Below, in pieces: positions 27,437 to 37,800 of a stretch of 64,000 bases of DNA (position 1 is its first letter; each line of letters opens with the position of its first letter). The stretch lies in contig NC_092678.1 in assembly GCF_964355755.1 (NCBI RefSeq), positions 14,906,371-14,970,370 of the forward strand, written 5' to 3'. The position numbers and the translations under genes were made by a program. The notes under the pieces were generated by a model. The model was not told the origin of the DNA. It did no database searches and saw nothing but the letters and a program-made list of their open reading frames with translations. This DNA is from Antedon mediterranea (Eukaryota > Animalia > Echinodermata).

Positions 27437-29084
27437 ATTAAACACATACTTAAAACTACATTTACAACAACGTGGTTTTAGAATTTTTTTTAAAATTTAT
27501 TTAGAAAATTACTTGGAAAACGTTCCCAACGTATACTGGTCAACCTGTGTTTTTCTCTGCTGCTCCTATACACTACATTTGTGATCGGTATTGGGTTAAC
27601 ATCCTATCCCAATTGCTGCATCGTGGTAGCCATTCTTCTACATTATTTTGTTCTCACTACACTTTTCTGGATGCTTGTTGAAGCCGTGAATATGTATCTG
27701 CAATTCATTTTAGTGTTTTACGGTGGAATACGTTTTTTCGTGTTGAAGTCTGCTTTAGTTAGCTGGGGTAAGTAGATACGTTTTAGCTGCCGTATTATTC
27801 GTATTAAAGCATAGTACCGTGTCAGCGTATGCATCCCCCTAACCCCGTACCGTAGTAATTCCTCTATTGCTTCGCGTCGGACTTTATAGACTCTTCAGTA
27901 AGTTATCCTTCAGTATTTGCCTAAAGATATTATTAACAAAAATGAAAACATAAACAAAAATGTACATCGTAAAATACATCAGGATACATTTAACAGTTTT
28001 GCTTATTTCTTTTTGAACAGTTCTTCCTCTCATACCAGTTACAATAATTGCTGCTGTGAAGTGTGATGAAACATATTCGAATGGCGATTAGTAAGTTTCT
28101 ATTTATTGAGCAATTTCAAAAAGTGCAAAACAACGTTTGAGAGAGGCCAACTGGTAGTCGTTGTAGGCCCATAGACCCTAACCATGAAAGGCTGAGATTT
28201 CTCCTTGCCCTGGCCTTACTATTGTTCATTCAGGAATGTTGTTACTCAATTATTCAGCAATCTGTCCATCCACGATATTGGCTAAATAATTATTAAACTG
28301 TACGATTAAACTAGCCATCTATTCAGTGAAAGATCTAAACTATTTGATTTACAGTACTTATAATTTACACCACATGCTGTTGAATCTGGAATAGCTCCAT
28401 ACTATGTAATACTAATGCAACTTGTATTGCTAATATTGATACTAGTACGGTATTTAAACACATGCATTATTGACTTCTGCAATAAGATAACCAATTATAA
28501 AATAGACTTCACACATTAAGTTATACTTTTACGCTTACATTTTACTAAAACGTTAAAAAGTTTTGCTTAACGTTTATACTTCATGTATACAATCATTAAC
28601 AGACATTTTAACCTTATTTTGCCCACTCAGTTGTTTTATGAAACCTGGAAACCCGCTATACTTCGGTTTGTTACTCATCTCATCTATCGTCCTCTTCATC
28701 AACATGGTCATTTTCGTATTCATCATTCGAGGACTGACTTGCCAACGAACAGTAACGTCGTCAAAACTGAAGGATAAAAACAAAATGAACGAGCTGACTA
28801 CACGCTTATGTCAAGCCATATCGATAATGATGCTGCTTGGCTTAACGTGGATCTTCGGATATTTCTCCATTCATTCTTCTGACGAAATTCGTTTTTCGTT
28901 CCAAATGTTGTTCTGCGTATTCAATTCCCTACAAGGATTTGTTATCTTCGTATTTCTCTGTATTCGTCGTAAGGATGTTCGAGATTCGTGGGCAAGTTGT
29001 TTCCGTTGTCTACGAACCGAAGCCACTGGAAGCAGCACTGTCATGTCAAATCTCCAAAGTAGGATTTCAAATACCAAACTTTGA
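1869..29084 (+). CDS. Adhesion GPCR (ADGRG-like; EGF, HormR-like, GAIN/GPS, 7TM), 3' ten exons; 5' part lies upstream of the window
   Basis: Exons 1869-1994, 10501-10605, 11000-11109, 21324-21470, 21817-22356, 24654-24809, 25920-26044, 27505-27767, 28021-28090, 28631-29084. All have AG/GT boundaries and phases join (2096 nt from a phase-1 start, no internal stop). Motifs: GPS CVFWDF...W...GC...CFCDHLTNFAVIM; family-B TM motifs LLHYFVLTTLFWMLVEAVNMY, LLGLTWIFG, FNSLQGFVIF. Confidence 0.88.
2382..4900 (+). pseudogene. Kolobok THAP-DDE transposase remnants
   Basis: THAP C2CH pattern (CMAFGCSN...RVCSDHF...RLKPNVVP) at 2382-2768. CSICGS...CHNNHRGRWESQP...GNLDLAGGILFTG at 4440-4685. GDSRSDTPGHNAKY (GDGRCDSPGHxAKY-like) at 4725-4900. 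Fragmented. Confidence 0.75.
3593..4218. mobile_element. Non-autonomous TTAA-specific element (Kolobok-type) nested in the Kolobok
   Basis: TTAA at 3589-3592 and 4219-4222. Imperfect TIR agccccattccctac / gcagggaaggggtct. Confidence 0.7.
5120..5266 (-). pseudogene. KolX (P2X7 ballast-like) accessory gene remnant of the Kolobok
   Basis: Minus strand reads MEYGLVPYQLEPRR (PYxFEP-like start) and, in another frame, LKTALVARSDIRVHELKEPIPNE. Convergent to the transposase, as in Kolobok elements. Confidence 0.5.
6162..10175 (-). mobile_element. Rearranged cluster of Helentron-associated (HINE) family A copies
   Basis: 3' end (reverse complement of hairpin aattcgtcaaagtgacgaatt plus ctagt) at 6162-6192. 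5' palindromic subTIR near 7240-7275. A + strand fragment at about 7276-8180. A second minus fragment ends in three tandem 5' ends at about 10010-10175. Homologous to 11121-20963 and 29243-31755. Confidence 0.75.
8370..9789 (-). mobile_element. Non-autonomous Helitron (family B)
   Basis: On the minus strand it starts TCTATTTATAAATTTACGTAAGGGC and ends in a GC-rich hairpin plus CTAG. Inserted between A and T without a TSD. Joining the flanks restores HINE sequence (tttcattaa|tatgtgataatgaattatgg). Confidence 0.88.
10501..10605 (+). CDS. aGPCR exon (HormR-like, part 1)
   Basis: aag|GT...GACA|gtgagt, phase 1-1, CPHEVVMAKGVNYTFEYASLGMLAHSLEVCGAGD. Confidence 0.7.
11000..11109 (+). CDS. aGPCR exon (HormR-like, part 2)
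   Basis: tag|GT...GAG|gtaggc, phase 1-0, PLAERMCNRNLHGGVGIWEAIKVKLCDNYTIDELVE (RxC...GxW...C). Confidence 0.75.
11550..11709. mobile_element. Harbinger/Tourist-like palindromic MITE
   Basis: TIR agctttgtctacact / agtgtagacaaggct. TTA duplicated at 11547-11549 and 11710-11712. The empty site gaattaggcc is present in another HINE copy. Confidence 0.8.
11838..19996 (+). mobile_element. L2-clade LINE (ORF1 coiled-coil plus SGNH esterase; ORF2 APE-RT), degenerate
   Basis: ORF1 pieces at 12398-14036 (IILHAGTNN...DGTHLN esterase). APE at about 14190-15028 (VSETW, GDFNIH, LDLIIT, SDHFAI). RT at 17665-19679 (LLDLSAAFDTVDH, VPQGSVLGP, YADDTQIY). L2-type 3' end gcgccttgag...gcgctataaaaat(att)n. Probable TSD tacattt at 11831-11837 and 19997-20003. 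Confidence 0.88.
15029..17649 (+). mobile_element. 5'-truncated Tx1/L1-clade LINE inserted in the L2 ORF2
   Basis: RT KTPGCDG, NWRPITLLNTDYK, DFRKAFD, GIRQGCPLS, QLADD and a C-terminal CCHC (CNNCGVIEDEKHMFYYC), with one frameshift near 15880. AATAAA and an A-rich tail. 15-bp TSD aaaacaattaggcaa at 15014-15028 and 17650-17664. Confidence 0.92.
21324..21470 (+). CDS. aGPCR exon (GAIN subdomain A helices)
   Basis: aag|GTA...AAA|gtaagc, phase 0-0, VIVTEENSEAVATQLSVITGE...ILERLTNVSAGNEK. Confidence 0.78.
21817..22356 (+). CDS. aGPCR exon (GAIN domain)
   Basis: cag|GTT...GTG|gtaagt, 540 nt open, SIFLP...IIVYRTSKLF...IGSRVVSATV...LNEPIQITY typical of GAIN. Confidence 0.88.
22600..24352 (+). mobile_element. 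Degenerate CR1/L2-group (Daphne/Crack-like) LINE RT fragment
   Basis: Disrupted DFTKAFDSVNH, WLVDFLTNRRQRVR, GVPHGTNLG, LNPSKCK. 3' tail aataaattgaaattgaaattgaa. Start boundary approximate. Confidence 0.75.
24654..24809 (+). CDS. aGPCR exon: GPS autoproteolysis motif and Stachel
   Basis: tag|GAA...ATG|gtcagt, EGVLDNYECVFWDFTLQNGHGDWSNEGCYYNTTSDDRIVCFCDHL|TNFAVIM. Confidence 0.93.
25013..25755 (+). mobile_element. DINE-1-like HINE (family C), with two 5' modules
   Basis: tttttagtcgcgtg subTIR with a nearby cgact inverted copy and a (GTCG/GTCT)n microsatellite, at 25013 and again at about 25618. 3' subTIR cacgcgact, small hairpin and T-run at 25726-25755. Confidence 0.75.
25920..26044 (+). 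CDS. aGPCR exon: TM1
   Basis: cag|GAT...AG|gtaaga, DYSGQ...LTYISIIGCVISIICLVFTIVTFTYFR. Confidence 0.9.
26466..26537 (+). tRNA. tRNA-like gene or pseudogene (tRNA-Pro-like body, TGT at anticodon position), copy 1
   Basis: A box TGGTCTAGTGG, B box GGTTCGAATCC, 72-nt cloverleaf and TTTTTT terminator. G>A change in the anticodon stem relative to the other copies. Confidence 0.5.
26832..26903 (+). tRNA. tRNA-like gene or pseudogene, copy 2
   Basis: GGCTCTG TG GTCT AGTGGTAT GATA CTCGC CCTGTAA GCGAG AGGTT GCAGG TTCGAAT CCAGC CAGAGAC A followed by T6. Confidence 0.55.
27198..27269 (+). tRNA. tRNA-like gene or pseudogene, copy 3
   Basis: Identical to copy 2. Confidence 0.55.
27505..27767 (+). CDS. 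aGPCR exon: TM2-TM4
   Basis: tag|A...TGGG|gtaagt, KLLGKRSQRILVNLCFSLLL...CIVVAILLHYFVLTTLFWMLVEAVNMY...LVSW. Confidence 0.92.
28021..28090 (+). CDS. aGPCR exon: TM4/ECL2
   Basis: cag|TT...TA|gtaagt, LPLIPVTIIAAVKCDETYSNGDY. Confidence 0.88.
28631..29084 (+). CDS. aGPCR exon: TM5-TM7 and C-tail ending in TKL
   Basis: cag|T TGT TTT..., LLGLTWIFG, FCVFNSLQGFVIFVFLCIRRKDVRDSW. Stop TGA at 29082-29084. Confidence 0.92.
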
Positions 29085-29242
29085 AACCACTACATTACGT
29101 ATCTCTTACCACATGCTAATATTCAGATTGCTCTTGAATAGTTGTTGAAATGTATTACATTTACGAGATGTATTATAAAGAAATTATAATCATTTTCTGT
29201 GATAAAAAAACAATATTTAAGTGGAAAAAATACATTATTATA

Positions 29243-31755
29243 ATTAGGTGATCATTTAGAATAAAATGATCACCTATTGTTATTGTATGAAATCTTTATT
29301 TTTCTTTTTATTGTTTCTGTACACTATTTTGTGTAACAATTATCTCAAAAAGTTTAATGTCAATGATTACTAAAATTTCAGAATAATATGTTTCAAATAA
29401 TATAACTTAATCCTAATAAGCTTTCCAGCGTAATCACTCATCCATGACGTCATTTATACGCCATTTTGTTAAATCACATTATCAATCATATCTCCATAAT
29501 TCATCATCACATATTAATGAAATTCACTACACGTAAACTTCAGGTCAAGGGTAAAAATATTAGCAAATAAAAAGTTGCGCGTTTCAAGGTCATGCCCGTG
29601 AAATCGTCCGTTAAAAATTAAAAAAGCTCAAAATTAAGTTTTGATCAATTTAGAGCATGAATTAGGCCATTTGCGTGTTTTAAAAAATTACTGCGCAAAA
29701 ACTCATTTTTGCGGACGCGATTTTTAAAAAGCGTAAAAAATAAAATTTGATGTATACATCACATTCTACTCACAATCCTTATTAGTACATTCTCCGACTT
29801 TGAGTCCATTCCGAGTTAAAATAACGCTATACGAGCACGTTAAAAATGACAAAATGTGCACATTAATTGTACAAAAGTGCTAAAAATGGTAAAAAATAAG
29901 GCCTTTTTAAAATGAATATAACTCTTCAGAATGGCAGGTGACCCCCAATTTGTTTTAACTTATTATGGAAGCCAATAAGTTGTAGATATAAATATATATA
30001 CATATTAGACATACAAAATGGTATGACGTCATCAAATGGCCACATGAAAATTAGTAATTTTTATCTTTTTGTGTGGTTTATCGAATTCAATAGAGCGCAT
30101 CTCCGTTATTTGAGCCCGATTTTCACACAAATTTTAGTATATGCTTGCTCAATTAATTATCTTTCTTATGAGTTGTCAACATTTTTATTTTGATGACGTC
30201 ATCACGCGTAAAAACTTGAATAACCTAGGTGGTGTAATTTCAGCTACACCATACAATTGAATATCTTATAGCTCTTCAGAATTAAAGGTGACCTTGAAGA
30301 TTATAACTTATTATAAAAGCTGGTAAAATGTAGATATGAATTCATATAAAAATTAAGCCTATCGGATGTTGTGATGTTATCATATGGCCAGTTGAAGTTA
30401 AAAAGTAGTTTTTAAATTTCTTTAGTCGAATTTATACAAATTTCAAAGAGCGCGCATTGCGTTTCTACGTGTCAAATTCTCTTCCAAACCTTATATTTAT
30501 TTGCTCAATTCATTATCTTTCGAAATGGTCATCTTCGAGTTTATTTTGATAATTCCATCATACCAAAAATTTAGAACACGATGTGGGTCCCGTATTTTCA
30601 CCTATGCAACACTGTATATAGATATACAGTATATACTCTACATATTGTATGACACATAATAGGTACTCAGCACTATAACGCCCGTATTCTTAAACCGGAC
30701 TTTAGTTGTAGTTCAAAGTTCGACTTGAAAAAGTCGTAGTTTGAGCTATTACTTCAAATTCGATTCAAAAACGAAGTAGTCGAAGTTTGCAGTTCGACTT
30801 AATGAAGTCGAGCTTTTAGTCGAGTTGCACACGTCTGGGTAACAAAGGATAAACATTAGCCAATGACAAGAGAGTATTTGAGGAGCAGACGAAATTTTGC
30901 GCATTGATATCCCTTTCCATTTTCTTACAAAATGTTTACGCATCAGGATTATATACATGAAAAATAATTTTAATCGTTAATTATTAGAACAAGATCAGTA
31001 TTAATTTAACAGTGAAGTACTTTTGATTAACAACAAACAAAATCTTCAAAATATATTTAGGAACCATGGCGGTAGGGAAACTTTCATATTTTCTAGGCCT
31101 CCAACAAAGTATGATCGCGATGAACCACGCACTTCCTAGCGTGACAAGAAAGCGCTAGGCCCCCTAAACATTCCATCGCGTGGTGAATTGCCGCATCTCC
31201 CATTGTCGCTATGGCGTGACGTAGTTCAAGTCGGACTTGCGCGAAGAAAATAATGTAATTTGTATACAGTTGTAAATAAAGATGATTTTCATTATTATAA
31301 CTTATACCAATGTATATTTAATTAAGCTAATATAAATATAGATATTTCATTCTTCAATATCTGGCCAATATAACAACTCAATGACTGTTACGTTTTTTAT
31401 AAACATCTTTTAAAAACCATTTAGTCGACCATTTAACCTGCCCCCTCCAGGACTAAAAAAATCGATCAAAATCCGTCTCGATTTAGTCGAGGTTGGCCTG
31501 ATTTAGTCGGTGATTTAGTTGAAGTTCGGTTTATGAATTAAAATGACGTCATTTTTTTAGTTTTATCTCGAACTACGACTAAAGTCCGGTTTAAGAATAC
31601 GGGCGTTAGTGTATATGCATCATGTTATAGGATGGCGTACGTCAACTTTTTACGATTGTATGTTAACGTACATGCTTGTTTAAAAAATGTTAATTTCATT
31701 AAAATGATAAAAATGATCACCTATAATTCGTCAAAGTGACGAATTAAATTCTAGT
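29243..31755 (+). mobile_element. HINE family A, most complete copy
   Basis: 5' subTIR taggtgatcattt with an adjacent inverted copy aaatgatcaccta. 3' subTIR aaatgatcaccta followed by hairpin aattcgtc-aaagt-gacgaatt and ctagt. This is the DINE-1/Helentron terminal architecture. Confidence 0.85.
30679..31605. mobile_element. MITE (probably Harbinger-type) nested in the HINE
   Basis: TIR cgcccgtattcttaaaccggactttagt / actaaagtccggtttaagaatacgggcg, flanked by TAA and TTA. Absent from the other HINE copies. Confidence 0.8.
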
Positions 31756-31885
31756 TATTATTATTATTATAGGTACAAGTAGGATACCTAAAATTGTGGT
31801 GTTAGATCATTATAATGTAACACGTATAATCTGGAATTTCTAATTTGTATGGAAATAGTTATTATGTATTGTTTATTTGTTACAG

Positions 31886-34800
31886 GTGTAGTTGTGGCAT
31901 CCAGTTCAAATCAAGGTATGTCATATTTATTATGGTTTTGGTTATAGATTAAGTGAATATTAATTAAAAGTTACAACTTTCTTAATTATTCACTGTTGCA
32001 CAGAAAAAGGACATTTTGTATAATAAACAATGTTACAACATTGCGTACAAACAATGGTAATTACAATAATTGTTAAAGTAACATCACACTTTGATCACTT
32101 TTAGGAAATTGTGATGAAAGCGAATGCTCACCACAAAGTCGCCAAAGTCATTCAAGTGAAGGTAAATTACCCGTAGATAAAGATAATAACTCGATAAACT
32201 TTCGTATGCAATTTGAGGTCCAGAGAATTTGACTTCAGAAATTAGTTTAAGATGGTCTAACAATCATTTTTGGCTTGGTTACACATTTTGAAAAAGTGGC
32301 GAAAGGTCAAAAGGTCAGGGTGAAAGGTTATAAGACTAAACACCAATAGGTTCTTAAATCTCGACAACCACTGGTCACAGCGAGATCTCAAATTGATCAG
32401 AAGGTATACATTTATATTCAGTCTAATGGGACATTATAGTAAAAAATGACCGGAAATGCCATTTATGACCTTTGACACACACCCCACGGCATGTATGTAT
32501 CTCCATAACTACTGGTCGTAGACACTTGAATTTGGTCTTAAATTGTACAAAATATACATTTTGTTATTTGTGCACATTCGAAAAATGTTACAAAAGGTCA
32601 AAGGGTCAGCGTCAAGGGTTATATGAACAAACACAAATAGGTACTTGTATCTCGGCAACCATTGGTCACAGCAAGTCAATTTTAGTCTCAAAATGTTTAG
32701 AAGGCATAAATTCATATTCAGTCGAAGGGGAAATTTTAGTCAAAAATTATCAGATATGCCATTTCTGACCTTTGACTCACGTATCAGGGCATTTTCATAT
32801 CTCTGTAAGTACTGGTCGTAGAAACTTAAATTTGGTATCAAATTGTTAGAAATACACATATTTACATTCATTCTAACAGAAAATGTGGTTAAAAGATGAC
32901 CTGAAACACTATTAATTACTAATGTTTCAAACAAAAAACAAAATCTACACAACTTATCCTTAGACAGTAATGTTATGCAATAACTGATGATTTAATGATT
33001 TCATTATAAGAATTAAAACAAATCCTATACAGTTATTGCTGTCCCCGAGGACGATCAAACATTTTGATTTTGCTCAGCAGTTCTTTTTAGAATTCTAGAA
33101 TTACCTTACCATATTTATCCGAATAAACGCCCCAGGCATTCAATGTTCAGATGGGTTTTTAGGGGAGGGGAGGCATCTTTTTTTTGGGGGTTTATGCTTG
33201 TTAAATTGTAGATTATAGTAGTTATTGAAATGTGTTGTGATAAGATTATTGTGTAAATGCATGTGGCGGGGCGTTAATCCAAGGGAGGAGGAGCGTTTAT
33301 TCCACATGATATTCTATTGGGATGAGGAGGGGGTGGCATTTATTTGAGGTAGTCTTTTATTTAAAGCGGGTGTTTATTCCTCTAAATACTCCAATTTTAA
33401 TAATTATATATAATTCGTTTCCCAACTGATAAAAAGGTACTTTACATGATGCGTTTTCCTCTTTATGCTTTTGTAACGAAATATTTCTGTCTTTTAGATT
33501 AATAAAAGTGAAATTGTCATAGATTCCATTAAATGGATCTTCTCCAGGTCCCAGTATAATAATATAAAACAATGCGTATCCGGATATTCACCCCCTGGAC
33601 ATTTACCCCCGGAAAACTACCCGCCGGACAACCACCACCTGAACCACTACCCCCTTAGGACAACTACCCCTTTAGGAAAACTACCCCCGGACAAATACCC
33701 CCGGACAACTACCCTCTTAGGACAACAACCCCCTTAGGACAACTACCCTCGGACAATTACCCCCTAGGAACAATTACCCCCGGAAAATAACCCCCGGATA
33801 ATTACACCCCCCCCCCCCCCGGGTAATTACCCCGCGGACAACTACCTCTGACACAATACTCCCCGTAGGACAACTACTTCCTGGACAATACTCGGAGGGC
33901 AAATAATCTTTTAGGACAACTACCTCCGTAGGACAACTAACCCCTGGACAACTACCCCCCGGAGAATTACCCCCCGGGTAATTACCCCGTAGGACAACTA
34001 CCTCCTGTACCTGGAGTTCTAGGACACCTACCCCCTAGACAGTTACCCCCGGATGTTTACCACCATGACAACTACCCCCTTAGGAGAACTACCCCACGGA
34101 CAACTACCCCCCGGACAACTAATCCCTTAGGACAACTACCCCCTTAGGATAACTACCCCCGGGTAACTACCCCCGGGTAACTACCCCCGGTCAACTACCC
34201 CTGGTCAACTACCCTCCCCCCCCCCCCTCCAATCCAAAAGTAGACAAACATATAAATATATAGGACCGGTTTCTGTAAAAATGAAATCATCTGTTTTTAA
34301 CGGGTGTTTCGAAACTAGAGACCCGAGACCAGAGACCTGACACGAGACCCAATACGAAAAGGGAGACCTATATTTGGTTCTCCCTTTTCGTATATTAGGG
34401 TCTCCCTTTTCGTATAGTGTGGTCTCTCTTTTCGTATAGTGGGGTCTCCCTTTTCTTATAGTGGGTCTCCCTTTTCGTATATATGGGTCTCCCATTTTGT
34501 ATATTTGGGTCTCCCTTTTCGTATATTTGGGTCTCCCTTTTCGTATACTTAGGTCTCCCTTTTTGTATATTAGGGTCTCCCTTTTCGTATAGTGGGGTCT
34601 CCCTTTTCGTACGTGGGTCTCCCTTTTCGTATATTTAGGTCTCCTTTTTCGTATTGGGTCTCGGGTCTCTGGTCTCGAGTCTCTAGTTTCGAAACACCCG
34701 TTTTAACCGATTATTCTGTTTAACATCACGCTAGACCCTAGATGTGCTAGATTTAAAGTACCGTATTTATTGTTTATGTGGTTTTTAGGTGGACATTTAT

Positions 34801-37800
34801 TGGAAGAAAGTTGTTTATTCAATGGGAGGGGGTATAATCTAATGGAAATAGACGCCGATTATTCCATATGATGTTTCATGGTAGTGACATGATCACCGTT
34901 TATTTCAGGGGAATTTATTTAAAGATTGCCGTTTATTCGGTGAGTGAACATTGAGGTCAAATATCCGAAGTGATATTATTCTTCAAGTGTACAAAAATAC
35001 ATATATGACAAATTTGAGACAAAAATTAATTCTTTTAAGACCAGTAGTTATCGAAGCATTGTCCTGACGCAAAAATTATTATTATTATTAGCGAACCCAG
35101 TCTTTACAGTAAATACAGGGAGTACCATATGATACGTTCGACTATCCTATGATCATGTTTGACAATCTTCAGTTTATACCAGGCTATATTTATGTTCAAT
35201 CTTTTACTTTTGTTTACAATAATGAATAGTAATTCGTCAAAGTAACGAATTAAAATATAGTTATTAATTCCTATTATACACTGTTGCAGAGTCAGGATGT
35301 TGAATGGTCTGGGTGGTAGTTGTCCGTCCGGGGGGTAGTTGTTCTAAAAGGATAGTTTTCTGGGTGGTAGTTGTCCAGGGGTTAGTTGTCCTACGGAGGT
35401 AGTTGTACTAACAGATTATTTGCCCTCGGAGTATTGTCCAGGTCCCGTATCCGGATATTCACCCCCTGGACATTTACCCCCCGGAAAACTACCCCCCGGA
35501 CAACCACCACCTGGACCAATACCCAATTGATCTTTATTAATTTGCAGTATAACTTTTATTTTTTAACTACCGAACCTTCACACGCGTGGTCCGATCCGAA
35601 AATAAACAAAAAACTAACATTCGTGGTACATCTAAGGCGGAGTTTTATACCGAAGTTTTTCCATTGTGCTCGCCTATGTCAGAATTAACCATAATTTATA
35701 TATAGATTACAGTTACAAACAGTAAAGGATTTGTTGTAATTCCTATAATAAAACCATTAAAGCATCAGTTATTGCACAACATTAATTACTGTCTTGTAAG
35801 TTGTGTAGAGATACGTTTTTTGTTAAAACATTAGTAATAGTATTTCTGTTCATCTGTTAACCACATTTTTTATTTCTATAAATGTATATTTCGAACAATT
35901 TGATACCAAATTTAAGTTTCTACGACCAGTACTTACAGAGTAATTAAGATGCTCTGATATGTGGGTCAAAGGTCAGAAATGGCATGTCTGATCAATTTTG
36001 ACTAAAATGCCCCATTATACTAAATATAAATGGATGCCTTCTGAACATTTTCATACCAAAATTGACTTGCTGTGACAAGTGGTTGCCGAGATACAAGTAC
36101 CTTTTTTTATTTGTTCATATAATATACCTTTTGTAAAAAATGTCTAAATGTGTAAAATATATTTCCGGTCATTTTTTACTAAAATGTCTTATTAGACTGA
36201 CTATAAATGTATAGCTTCTGATTAATTTGAGACCAAAATGACCTGGTTGTTGAGATTTAAGGACATATTGGTGTTTTGTCTTATAACCTTTCACCTAACC
36301 TTTTGACCTTTCGCCACATTTTCCAAAAATGTTTAACCAAGCCAACAATGATTGTTTAACCCCCCTAAACCAATTTCTGAAGTCAAATTCGCTGTACCTC
36401 AAAGTGCATAAGAAAGTTGATCTAGCTACTAGAGTAATTGGGTATTGTCACGTGTTTAAATATATTTTGTTATTTTGACACAGTCTATTTTAAGTCAATG
36501 CTAACAGAAAAAGTATATAAAGAATCTATAAATATTCAGCTCTCTTTTAAGAAATTCTTCAATAGGCTCATCTTTGATAACCAACAAGTGGTCCTAAATT
36601 ACAAAATTTAAAGACTTTGTTCCTTAGTTAGACAATAGGTACAAAAATAGGCCTAATATTACAGATTTCGCTGATTCTTAAATCATTTTGTTTGATTTTT
36701 ACGGTACACACTCTTGCATCTTAATGTAACACAACGAAAACTATTTTTGTTACAGGTGTTGCGGCATCAAGTTCTAATCTAGGTATGTTAATTTTATTTA
36801 AATTTTCTTCCTTTTAAAATTGAAAAAGTAGTGTCTCTTAATCATTTAAAGACTATTTAAAAACAAATTGACACGGCAAAACCTTAAATATTTTTCAATT
36901 TTTTAATACAAAACAATTATTATTTAACAATTTAAAATTCAATTATAATTTATATCTTTCAATGTTCAATTTCTCCAAACTTTTATATTGTTCTTTTTCC
37001 GTTATATCAGGTAACCACCTAAATTGAAGTTTTGTTTTCTTTTTTCGTGAATATGTTGAGCTTTATTATATTTTTAGGGTGTTTTTATCTGTTGTAGTCA
37101 CAATGTTCTCTATCAAGGTTAAATAAATAAATAACGGTTTAGAGATTATGTGGAATAATTCACTTCCCATAATTGGCATCAAACAGTAAAAGTGTTTGAT
37201 ATTACACAGTATAAACAGTTTACAACATTGTGTGTGAACATGTGCCATTCTTAAATTAATGCATAATATTGAAGAAGATCATATATGTGAATTATTTTAC
37301 ACATATTATATAAGTAGCGTCTCGTTGTGATTATTGTTAGGCAGTATTAAGAAGAACGAACAAGAATGTTCTTTATTGGGTCACCGATATCATCCTAGTA
37401 AAAGACTAGATACAAATCATATACTGCAATGGTTATTGTTAAGCCGATGAACAAGATAAGATGACACAATATGTGTTGATACTGAATACAATGTTACTCT
37501 TAAATTATTATTATATAAAACAACACAAAGATAAAGTCTTGATTATAAAAATAACAAAGTCAGTGAGTATGTTATTACTGTGGTGTATATTCTAATAAGC
37601 TGAAAATAATCGATATCAACTAACAACTCATCTAATCATATGACTCTTGTATAAAAAAACTTTTTTTGAATGTATTTTATTATACAGAATCAGCCGAGAA
37701 GAAATTTCAGACGATGTTGCTACATGTATCTACCTGGTGTGATCAGCATGACCTACTTGATAAGCTGAAGTTGTTGTGCAATGACATGATAACAGATTAC

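Larger units (their letters stand above)
32190..36425. repeat. Long degenerate inverted repeat pair (about 32190-33030 vs about 35725-36425) of an aaaggtca-rich repeat family
   Basis: gaatttgacttcagaaattag / ccaatttctgaagtcaaattc; aagtactggtcgtagaaacttaaatttggtatcaaattgt / acaatttgataccaaatttaagtttctacgaccagtactt. Boundaries approximate. Confidence 0.75.

Noticed and set aside
34370-34660. Short regularly spaced repeats resembling CRISPR
   Set aside because: Head-to-tail ~21-bp minisatellite inside a TIR element, without spacers.
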